Shown here in pieces: positions 1-10,098 of a stretch of 64,000 nucleotides of DNA (its first letter is position 1; the number at the start of each line of letters is the position of its first letter). The position numbers and the translations under genes are program-made. A model generated the notes under the pieces. That model saw only the letters and a list, made by a program, of their open reading frames with translations. It made no database searches and was not told the DNA's origin. The DNA is from Schmidtea polychroa (lineage: Eukaryota): contig CM097885.1 of the NCBI GenBank assembly GCA_044892525.1, positions 17,424,001 through 17,488,000 of the forward strand. The letters run 5' to 3'.

Positions 1-840
1 AATGAGGAATGCGAACAAATCAAGTTACAATGTTCGCAATGTCCACAAACAACTGAAAGTTCGACGGAAGTGCAAATGGCTCAGACAATAAAAACAATGT
101 TAGAACAAGAAATGAAAGTTATCAGAACCCAGATAGCAACATTAGCCAAACAATGTCAAAGTCAGAAATCAAAGAGAGAATCCCAAACAGATCCAGCCGC
201 AATGAGAATGATGGTAATAATATTAGAGGAAATAAAACAACAGGTAAAAGCAACCGCCTATGGACGTCCAAGCAATTGCGAAATAGTAGTAAAATCTTTG
301 GAGGAAATGAAAGGAAAAATAACTTCCATCATCAAAGAGGAACCCAGCATTAAAAATGAGGTAACGAAAACCTTGAAAGAAATGACAAGGGAAATCCTAA
401 CTACCATAAACAAAAACCCAACGAACTCCGAGAAGATGATTAAAACCCTTGAGGCAATAAAGAAAGTTGTCACCTCAGAAGAAAACAAATTCAATAAGCC
501 CGAAAAATCGGAAACGGCGGATACAACCCAATTAAAAGAAATTATGAACAAACCCAAAGTAATAGAACCGAGAGAGTCTGAATCCCTCACAATATTGATC
601 CTATTAGTGGCGAGCCTAATGATAAACATCACCGTACTGAGCCTGATTGCACTCAAACCCAATTCCGGAAAAGAAAGAAACAAAACCCTCAAACTAAAGG
701 AACAATCAAGAAGTATTCGTATCCCAATGGAAGAACAGCTAGTCCAAACAACGAACCAACCAAGCTACTTCAAATCTTCCCCAAACATTGAAACCAGAGC
801 CGTCATCGAGACGAGATCCCGAACAACCGAGTTTTATTAA
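1..840 (+). CDS. 5'-partial ORF encoding a coiled-coil-rich protein with one hydrophobic (TM-like) segment near the C-terminus; possibly an accessory/env-like ORF of a retroelement
   Basis: Frame is open from base 1 to TAA at 840. Repeated helical K/E/M/I-rich segments, then LTILILLVASLMINITVLSLIAL. No family recognised. Confidence 0.45.
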   Translation, partial: NEECEQIKLQCSQCPQTTESSTEVQMAQTIKTMLEQEMKVIRTQIATLAKQCQSQKSKRESQTDPAAMRMMVIILEEIKQQVKATAYGRPSNCEIVVKSLEEMKGKITSIIKEEPSIKNEVTKTLKEMTREILTTINKNPTNSEKMIKTLEAIKKVVTSEENKFNKPEKSETADTTQLKEIMNKPKVIEPRESESLTILILLVASLMINITVLSLIALKPNSGKERNKTLKLKEQSRSIRIPMEEQLVQTTNQPSYFKSSPNIETRAVIETRSRTTEFY

Positions 841-3493
841 TGTGACATCACGACAGTATAAACATTTCATGACATTATAAAACATTATCAAGCAATCATG
901 ATTTCAAAGACCGAGACTGATTGTGACTAATAACATTGATTCTTGAGCATGATAATTTTATTTTTGTGTGGACCGACCTCGGTCGTTCTTTTTCTTCATC
1001 TTTCAACCCATCCGTAGAATGTAGTATAATATTAGCCTTTTTATGTATGTGGGTATTGAGGTCACGACCCTGTAGCTCGTAGACCCAATTTGCATGTAGG
1101 CACTTGTAATATAGTGCAAGTATTCTGAAAAATAATTTTCTTCATCTTGTGATTTATATTGCGGGTCGCAATTTTATGGGCCCCGAGTTTTTTATGTTGG
1201 GCTAGAACTGACTTCTAGACCCAAACTTGAATTGTGACTGAAAGGTGCAGGTACACAACATACAAAAGCAAGAAGTTTAGTTAAATATGAAAATTACATC
1301 AAATAAACAATATTAACTAAAGGAGAAAGTAACAAAAACCTAAAACACAGAAATTAAATAAAATTATACAAAAGCAAGAAGTGATGCAAAAATAGAACTC
1401 AAAAACAACCAAATAAACACAGATAAGCATAAAACAGACTCAAACAACTTAAAAGACGATAAAAACCGAAAAAATTCCAGAAAAGCCCAGAACATTCCAT
1501 TAAAATGGCGATGACCATCACAAAAGCCAGCTAGAACAATAAAAGTTAGAGGAAATAAATAAATTAGTATTAAAAATAATAAATCTTAAAAAGAAATTCA
1601 CAAAACATCGGTTAAAATAAAAATTAAATTAAAAGCAAAATAGAATGTTCTGGAACCGTTCCAAATCCATCATGGACGGCAAATTAACGAAAAATAATTA
1701 AAGAATAAAAATATAAAAATAAAAACAAAAATTATGGCACAAAAATTGTCATTAAAAATAGCAAAATCGTAAAATAGAAAATTCTGGAATAAAAAGAATT
1801 CGAGTTTGTTTTAATGCATCAATACATACACGTGTACAAAATAGGTATATATACCGACACGTTTCGGTCATAAATCAATCTTTATGCCAATATTTTGCTG
1901 AAAAATTATTTTGGAGAATCATTAGTAAGCCTTTTGATTTGTTGTAATTTTATGTTATGTAATTATATTAATATCGACCTTTTATCTATTAAAAATATTT
2001 TTAAGATTTTATGTTTAGTAATTCTCGACGGATCAGCGGCGTCCGAGTACGTCTCTGATCGGTCCTGCATATAATTTTAAATTCGATTTCTCATGCACAC
2101 ATGCATTATGATTATCTATAACACTCTTTTTTGTTCGGGTCAGTTCGGAGGTCGAACTACTTCATGGTCCTGCCATGGAGTTAGGTCGAGGAAACCCTCC
2201 GCCTGACTCTTTGTATTTATGTAAGGTCGACCGTAAATGGTTGACTCAAAACTCAACACTAAGGTTTGTGGAAGTGGTCACAGTGGGGCCATGGAAGCAA
2301 TATTCTTCCCGACCTTGCACGTAATACAAATTTAAAATCAACATTAAAAATCCATGTCAAATATCTCTACAATAAGGTCTTAATCTGAGTAGAACTCATA
2401 CCTAATCTTACACAATTCTACAATCACCTTAATTAAGTCGGTTGATCAATAATAGCAATTCCAGTTGTACTTAAACATATGCCGAATCCGGTTTTGGTAA
2501 TAGGAATTTATAGTAACTCAAAGTAATAGAAATGATATAGTGTCCGGCATAGGTGTAGGTATAACTTCATCTAGTTGGGAATTCGAGGTTAATTACTATG
2601 TGAATAAAATCAGTCTACCTATAGATATTACAAATCTAACCGACTAAATTACAAGCGCCATCTTAAAAATTTATAAAAATATAAGTACTTATTACAAAAT
2701 TTACTAATTATAATCAAAATGCAAGTTGTAGATAATTATAAGATTTCAGATATAAAGCATACCGACCCTGAAACTATAAATTGGTAATGGAGAAGTCTTG
2801 ATAACAAATTTTAGATGGGGATAGTAGTAGATAAATTTTAGCATAAGGATCAATTAACTTAGAACTAGTTATGTATAGACTGTATATTCGTCAATATTCT
2901 GAAATTATAACCTAATAGTACCAAGAAATCTGCAAATAATTTCGGAAGACAATGTTGATAAAAAAGGGGTACTCGTAAAGAAGTACACGAGTCGAATATA
3001 AAATTATAATCCCTGAATTCTGAAATGACGAGTGGTGAAGTAATAAAGTGACAAATTGTAGAAATAGAAAACGAAAAAATTTCAAAGTACAAACTCATAA
3101 ATAAAATTATAAAATATAGAATTAGAATTTATAGAATATAAACTTATGAATAGAAAAAATTAAAAAACTATAAATTATAAAATATAAAATTGGCAATTAT
3201 AAAATATAAATTTATAAATTACGAAATATAAAATTATAAATTGTAAAGTATAAAATTATAAAGTATAAAATATAAAATTATAAAATATAAAATATAAAGT
3301 CATAAATGATTAAATTACAGACTATAATATATATAATTAGAAATTACAAATTTATAAATTGGAAAATAGAAAATTTTAAATTAGAAACAGAAATTTGTAA
3401 ATTACAACAAGTAACTTCCTAAATCATAGAATAGGAACCTCTAAAATGGGAAATATAAACTTCGAATTGTACCATATAAAATTATACTACTAG

Positions 3494-3717
3494 TATTATT
3501 ATTATTAACCCTAATATTATTGTTATTATTGCTGATATTACCATCATTATTACTATTATTCTCATTACCCCTAGTATTATGAATGTTATTATTATTACTA
3601 TATTATTATTATTATTATTATTACTACTATTACTATTATTATTATTATTATTGGTATTATTATTATTATTATTACTATTATTATTATTACTATTATTATT
3701 AGTACCAGAATGATTAG

Positions 3718-3768
<51 letters not shown>

Positions 3769-3920
3769 CATTATTATTATTATTATGATTTATTTATTAT
3801 TATTATTATTATCATTTTTTATTATTATCATAATTATTGCTATGATCATTCTCCCTAGTGTTATTCTTATCAACATTATGATTATCACCATTATTGTTAT
3901 TACTATTATTTCATTATTAA
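3494..3920. repeat. Degenerate (ATT)n microsatellite inside LTR-like copy 1
   Basis: Direct reading; produces the spurious poly-Ile ORF 3710-3958. Confidence 0.95.
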
Positions 3921-5006
3921 TTTCCAAAAATCAAAATTTGATTGAATTATCGATTTAGGATTTCCCCCACGACTAAATTTAGAACCTACCCCTTTACTCC
4001 AATAAAAATGACCATAATTCCAGAAATCTATTTTTAGTAACCCCCCTCGGAGAAAATGCTAGGACTATTAATTCAATAATAACATGAGTAGGTGCGCACA
4101 TATAGACATGTGTAAATGTAGGTAACTATACGTATCTAATAAGTTAATTTAACCCAGGCTCATCAGTGACGGATATATCTTAGTTAACTTAGCGGCCCCA
4201 GAAATTAAAAGTCAGGTAAAACCTCCATTAACCTAAACCAATTCATTGAGGACTAGGAATACATTGGGACAGTCGATACCAACCGTGGAACTCCACGGAA
4301 TCAGTCGCATGAATTATCGATAACTGACAAAAATTTATTTTACAAAAATCAAAAGCGATTAGCCAAAGAACATGCTAAATTAAAATTATTCAACAAAACT
4401 TCTAACACCACTAAATACAAATTAAACTAAAGATACCAACACAGAGTCATATAAAATTCCATTAGGGCTTTGAACAACCGGTCATTCCACCCGAGTGAAA
4501 GATTCCCACCAAATATCTCTAAAATCGAAAAGCTATGGTTAAAAAATTAAACTACTTACAAGCAAATCAAAGCGGACTATACCACTCATGACGAGTACAA
4601 CCGAAGGAAAGGCAAGCAGACGAGAAGCTAAGCTCGTTGTTAATACCTGTCGCCTCAGCGTACCCGAATTTAGTGGCAAAAGATTTAAACCCTGAAATTT
4701 CAAATTTGTTATAATATTTAAATTAAAATACATAAAATATAATTTAAATGATCACTTAGTGATAAATACAAATTTAGAGAAAAATAGCTAATTAAAACAA
4801 GAGGATTGTTGATAAAATTTTTTTTTGATTATTAGTAGACAAAATATGGAACTTCATTCTATTGTTCCTAGGATTATAGATGTTAGTCTTAAAATAAAAT
4901 ATTTCTTTTTATTTTCAAATTCTTAAAGGGAAAAAGGGTCAACAAAATCCTGTGTTTAACGTCGTATTACAATCAGTATAAGTGGCTTGATTGTTCTTTT
5001 GTAGAA

Positions 5007-5363
5007 ATGTCCTATTCTGACAGTGGTAGTAACGAAGAAGCCGACCGACAGATGCTTACACGACTCTGGACACGGTACATATGGTACCGTATCCATGATT
5101 GGAACCGGGACTTGGACCTCGACAACTGGGGCCCAGTAATCAGGAGTGGGCCGGAACCGGACGCCCCAGCGTGGGTAAAAACAGAGCCCACAAACGATTT
5201 TTTGCAAGAGGCCCGCGACCGAGCGGCCATCGAGGTAGAAGCAGCCCAGATGCGATTGAGGAAAATCGACTTGCAAATCCGGGCAAACAAGGAAGGGAAA
5301 ACCGTAGAGGACCTAGAAGAGGCCGGGACAACCCCGCGGAAGAGGGGAAGGCCTCGCAAGTGA
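5007..5363 (+). CDS. Small GC-rich ORF with a C-terminal AT-hook, inside the LTR-like element
   Basis: 118 aa, markedly higher GC than the flanks, preceded by an acceptor-like TTTTGTAG, and ends TPRKRGRPRK (canonical AT-hook core RGRP flanked by K/R). Confidence 0.6.
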   Translation: MSYSDSGSNEEADRQMLTRLWTRYIWYRIHDWNRDLDLDNWGPVIRSGPEPDAPAWVKTEPTNDFLQEARDRAAIEVEAAQMRLRKIDLQIRANKEGKTVEDLEEAGTTPRKRGRPRK

Positions 5364-5567
5364 CCGACCTGACTCATCGTCAAATTTTTTTTTTGTGCAA
5401 TTATCATCAGTTATGACTTAATTAAACTTTAATTTTAGTGACGAATTATTTTATTCCTTTCAATAAATTATCTTATGAATTGCGTGCTTAATATCTGAAA
5501 CTATGTTTATTTATAATATTGATCTTATTATATAATGGAATGAGCGTTATGCTGCAAGAATGAATCA

Positions 5568-6014
5568 TTGAATTTTCATCTAGTGTTCAAACTACTTGAA
5601 AATTTGCGAAAGGACAGGGAAGAAGCCCAAAAACAGGCCGAGGAGCTCCGCATACGAGTAGACAAGCTCAAGGGACGGTGCAGGGAACTAGAAAGCACCT
5701 GGTTTAGTCCCGAGGATATGAAAAAGAAGGTGGCGCAGGTCCTTCAACTGCAGGCTCAAGCCGCGCAGGATCAGATGGAGATCCGGGCACTGAAGCTCCA
5801 GCTCCGCGCGTTAGAAACCGAGCGAAATGAACAAGTAGTTCACGGAGCCGCCATAAGCCAAATCCGGCCGTTGACTGTGGAACTAGCAGCAATATACCCT
5901 CCGGCCGCGAAAGAGAAGCCCAAAAGAAAGCGGTTAGGACGGAACATCCGGGAGAAGTTAAAGAAGGCTAGGGTAGCCGAGTATGAGCGACAAGAAAAAC
6001 CTACACCAATGTAA
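5568..6014 (+). CDS. Small coiled-coil ORF/exon with a basic NLS-like C-terminus, inside the LTR-like element
   Basis: Heptad-like LLENLRKDREEAQKQAEELRIRVDKLK and basic KEKPKRKRLGR. A decayed homolog lies at about 33180-33530 (LMTNLRADKEA...RKRIGKPERPRLK). Confidence 0.6.
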   Translation: MNFHLVFKLLENLRKDREEAQKQAEELRIRVDKLKGRCRELESTWFSPEDMKKKVAQVLQLQAQAAQDQMEIRALKLQLRALETERNEQVVHGAAISQIRPLTVELAAIYPPAAKEKPKRKRLGRNIREKLKKARVAEYERQEKPTPM

Positions 6015-6460
6015 TTCCCGCGATGTGAACAGTCACTTGTGCTAGATATATTGAGTTTTTTTTTTGATTGTTTATTGCTAATGTCTAAATACAAATTTAG
6101 TTAAATTAATGGATGAAGTATATTGTTTGCAAACGTTGAGTGACTGAAAACCGAGGTGTTGAGAGTTGGGAAAACAATTTCGAATAGGGGACCTGAGGAA
6201 ATCGGACACAAACCTTCTAACGGTAGTCCGTGAACCCGTGGAGTACTCGACAATTATAGTGCGTTGATGCGCTCACTTTTTGCGGGTACTCAACCCTTGG
6301 TACAGTACCAACGTTGATCACTCAACGGGTACCAAGCGGAAAAACAATGTTGCATGTTGGGTTACGCTGGTAGCAGCACTTAATCATTCGACCACCTGTA
6401 ACCCACCATAATAATAATAATAAATTTAGAAAATATGTGTTTTATTACATTGTTTAATAA

Positions 6461-7419
6461 TATCATTGTACCCTTGCGAGTTGTTGAGTGTGAGCAGTAC
6501 CCTTGTGACTTGTTGAGTGTGAGCAGTACCCATAGGGGGATAGAATATTTTGTCGGATAGACTAGGAGTATGTATATTAATACTAATAATAATAATAATG
6601 TTAATAATATATGGCTCATTCGAAAGGTCTTGGATCGGGCTTTAAAATGAGCTATCGTTGAACAATTTTCATTGGCGGGAACTCTGTAAATTCAAATTTT
6701 AAAATTTGACCTTGAAAAAAATTTGACCTTGAAAAAATAAATGACCTTGAAAAAATAAATGACCTTGAAAAAATAATAATATGACCGTGAAAAAATAATA
6801 TTTTGAAAAATAATAATATGACCTTGAAAATAATAAATGACCTTGAAAAAATAAATGAACTTGAAAAAATAAATGACCTTGAAAAAATAAATGACCTTGA
6901 AAAAATAATATTTTGAAAAATAATAATATGACGTTAAAAATAATAATATTTTGAAAAATAATAATAGAATGATAATAGAATAATAATAAATGACCTTGAA
7001 AATGGTCTCTGGAAAACGTTAATAACTTTGCCAATAATAATGATGATGATACCTTCAATAGCTCATTCGAAAGGTCTTGCGCTAAGCTTCAAAATAAGCT
7101 ATCGTTTAATGAATTCGGATAATGGGAACGATAACGTTTGGGCAAACGAAAACCAGGGGCCCGCAAGACCACTTAATAATATTTTTGAAAAATAATAATA
7201 AAAATAATAATATTTTTAAAAATAATAATATGACCTTGATGATTCATCCTAATGAGTCACATGACCTTGGGAATGACCTTGGATGAGTAACGCGACCTTG
7301 AAATGACCTTGAAACAACCTGGATGAGTCATGGTCTTTGTTTAAAATTTGACCTTGAAAAAAAATTTCCTTGGCCGGGGGGAGGGGGTATGTGGTCTTGC
7401 GGGCCCCAATCCATCTACT
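6461..7419 (-). mobile_element. Polinton/Maverick-like terminal arm (terminus at 7419, reading leftwards)
   Basis: Reverse strand begins AGTAGATGGATTGGGGCCCGCAAGACCACATACCCCCTCCCCCCGG. Same architecture and shared blocks as 59146 onward; 6615-6682 is a near reverse complement of 59387-59456. Confidence 0.55.
6707..7000. repeat. About 18-21 bp minisatellite ATGACCTTGAAAAA(AT)AATAA
   Basis: More than ten imperfect tandem units; explains the FFQGHL-repeat ORF 6699-7058. Confidence 0.9.
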
Positions 7420-7439
7420 ATCAGTAAATCATTATGAGA

Positions 7440-8125
7440 CAAACATAAGAGGAATTGGATTGAAGTGTTACCTGAAATTCAGTTTACAACACTAAGTAAA
7501 GTTTAAATTAAAACATGTAAAACATCAATTGAACCCAAATAAAAGAACGATAAAACACAAAAATAAAATAAATACAACAGCAAGAAGTATGACACGAAAC
7601 AAACATAGATATACCATAGACAAATAACAAAAAGTAAACAAATTAGAATTAATTGGAAAAATAAATAAAAACTGAAAATGAAAAAGAATTCCACAATATA
7701 ACGTTAAAAAACGAATTAAGAATTAAAACTATATAGAAAATGATATAAAACGCTAGAATATTCTATGAAAATGGTGAAATCCAACATCAACAACTAAATC
7801 AAAAAATAAAATTTAGAAAGTTAGATCATTAAAAAATAATAAGAAAATAACTTAAAAATTAAATGAAATAGGAAATATATATTAAAACTAGTTAAAAATA
7901 AAATATTCTGGAAAATTGCCATATCCATCAAGGCGGCGAAAAATCATTAAAATTAAATGAAATATAATAAATAAAATAACCCATAAATTAGAAAAAACCG
8001 TCATCAAAATTGATAAAATTTAAAATTCAAACTTAATCGCAATTAAAACTATTCAAATTTGTTTTACGCAAACATACTCGATCACCAAAATCAGACTATA
8101 AGTACTGACGCATTTCAATCACAAT
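7440..8125 (+). mobile_element. Truncated, diverged 5' part of the giant LTR-like family
   Basis: Shares blocks with 1230-1880 and 25160-25880 (CAGCAAGAAGTATGACACGAAA, ATCCATCA..GCGG, AATTTGTTTTA, TATA-like box followed by CATTTC). Confidence 0.6.
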
Positions 8126-8289
8126 CTAATCCTAAAATTTCGAGTAGACCAAATTTTCCTGAACTTTACCAACTTACAATCTTGTAGAACTAAGGATTTT
8201 GTGTTATCATTATACAAATGCATTATAAGATTTTCATTTTTGCGAATAAAGTTTTGAACTGAATTTTTGTTTTCTTTTGTTGCTCTCAA

Positions 8290-8785
8290 AAGTCAAATAT
8301 ACTTTCAACCGGTAAAATCGCTAAATCTTTTCGGCCCACAGCTAATATCACAGCTGCAAGCGAGTAATTTACAATTCGCTAGCGAAGGGTGAAATGCTCT
8401 AACGCTCCCTTGTCTACAACTTCAGTGGTTTGGGAAATGTTCAGGATTGAAACTATCAAAAATTGTTGGAATAAAATTAATGAATATCGTAAATCAGACC
8501 TCCCTGACCTTATAAAGGATGAAGTTGAAGAAAATATCAATGAAGTAATAGAAGAAACATTTGAAAATCTTGATGGGATTGAAAACATTCAATTTTACAA
8601 TGGCGAAGAGATTATAAATGATGTCGAAACTTAAGATGTTTCAAAACAATTAGAAAAACTAGAGGAAAATATTAGAATATTTAGTTCAGATTCTTAAAAA
8701 GAATTTTATGCAATCAGAAAAACATTTGAATGATATTTGAAAAGCTCGTGAAATAAAATTACCGATTTTTTGATTAAAAAATAAA
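8290..8785 (+). pseudogene. Decayed C-terminal fragment of a pogo/Tigger-type transposase
   Basis: VWE...ETIKNCWNKI, an acidic tract and a terminal KITDFL motif typical of pogo/CENP-B-family C-termini; interrupted by stops. Confidence 0.5.
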
Positions 8786-8821
8786 TGTTTCTATCATGAA
8801 ATTTATTTATTTTATATCCAA

Positions 8822-9320
8822 AGTAGAGGGAAGTGTGCTCCATGACTCATCGTTTTTTGTCATTTTTTGCACTACCCCCGATGACTCATCACCAAACAAA
8901 GGCATGTGACTCATCAAGGTCAATCAATTTTTAGTAACAATGTCACGTGACGTCATCCACGACTCATCAAGGTAATTCTATTTTAAGTAACAAGGTCATA
9001 CTACTCATCATTTTAGGAACAAAGCCAAATGACTCATTATTAAAGTACATATGACTCATCAGTTTTGGAATAAAGTCGATGACTCATTGAGGTCATTAAA
9101 GTACACATGACTCATCTTTTTTTAAACAAAGACATTTAAACAAATATTTAAACAAAGACTCATCGATGACTCATAGTTTAAATAGGGGGTACTTTTTTTC
9201 TCTTTTTTTTGCACCCCCATACTATATGACTCATCGATGACTTTTTAGAACAAAGACAAATAATTTATTTTTAAAACAAAAATTAATCACACGACTCTAC
9301 TTTTTAGAACAAAGACTTAT
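8822..9320 (+). mobile_element. Polinton/Maverick-like terminal arm with a TGACTCA array, downstream of the broken PolB
   Basis: Begins AGTAGAGGG. Nine perfect TGACTCA at 8843, 8882, 8907, 9030, 9052, 9080, 9108, 9167 and 9227. Shares GATGACTCATC and TTTTAGAACAAAGAC with 59688-59740. Lies about 1.3 kb from the PolB 3' end. Confidence 0.5.
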
Positions 9321-9785
9321 TTGGTAAACCAAAAAATTATTGTATATGTCGCTACAGAATAATAATTATAAAAATAAAAGCATACACATTTCTTCATAAA
9401 AAATTGGTTTCATAAAATTTGTTTTAATAAAAACTGGCTTCATAAAAACTGGTTTCATAAATTGGTTTCATAAAATTTGGTTTCATAAAAAATTTGTCTC
9501 ATAAAAAACTAAACAATTAATCATAAAAAAAAATTTAATTATAAAAAATTTAAATCATGAAAAATTTACAAAAAATAATAATTACCTCTCGATCATTAGA
9601 AAATGATATACAAAGCATCGATAACATCTAACCAATCAGAATGCCCATTGGATTTTATCGATTCTTTGTTATCTGAATATGATTCATCGATGAGTCATTG
9701 TTACTAAGTGAGTAACTTCTACTCACATAAAGACATGCAATACAAGTGCATGACTTGTCTTTATGCGAATAATAAGATTTATGTA

Positions 9786-9905
<120 letters not shown>

Positions 9906-10098
9906 CAGCAAAATATATTCTAATTACAAATTTATTTACAATTTTACATTGGCTTTTATACAAATTCCAATTGCATTGATTGTTTCTTACAATCTTTCTT
10001 TCATTGACAACTAATAATAATAATTATTATAATAATAATAATAATTATAATAATAATAATAATAATTATAATAATAATAATAATTATAACCAAAATGA

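Larger units (their letters stand above)
1195..6408 (+). mobile_element. Giant LTR-like element, copy 1 (about 5.2 kb)
   Basis: Starts TGTTGGG and ends CCCACCA (6/7 terminal inverted repeat, TG...CA). Colinear with 25137-31234 over about 1195-4080 and 6130-6408. No TSD seen for this copy (TTTA / TAAT). Confidence 0.7.

Noticed and set aside
3710..3958. Poly-Ile/Leu/Tyr/Asn ORFs (also 9655-9963, 22489-22905, 37475-37747, 38280-38489, 60352-60869)
   Set aside because: Translations of (ATT)n microsatellites, not proteins.
4956..5416. Overlapping alternative-frame and antisense ORFs (4956-5276, 5012-5407, 5099-5416, 5140-5331)
   Set aside because: By-products of local GC richness; the 5007-5363 frame has the recognisable motif.
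6359..6408. Genuine tRNA gene
   Set aside because: Only 50 nt, with no anticodon or T arm; kept only as a tRNA-like stem within the LTR terminus finding.
6699..7058. FFQGHL-repeat ORF
   Set aside because: Translation of the TGACCTTGA minisatellite.
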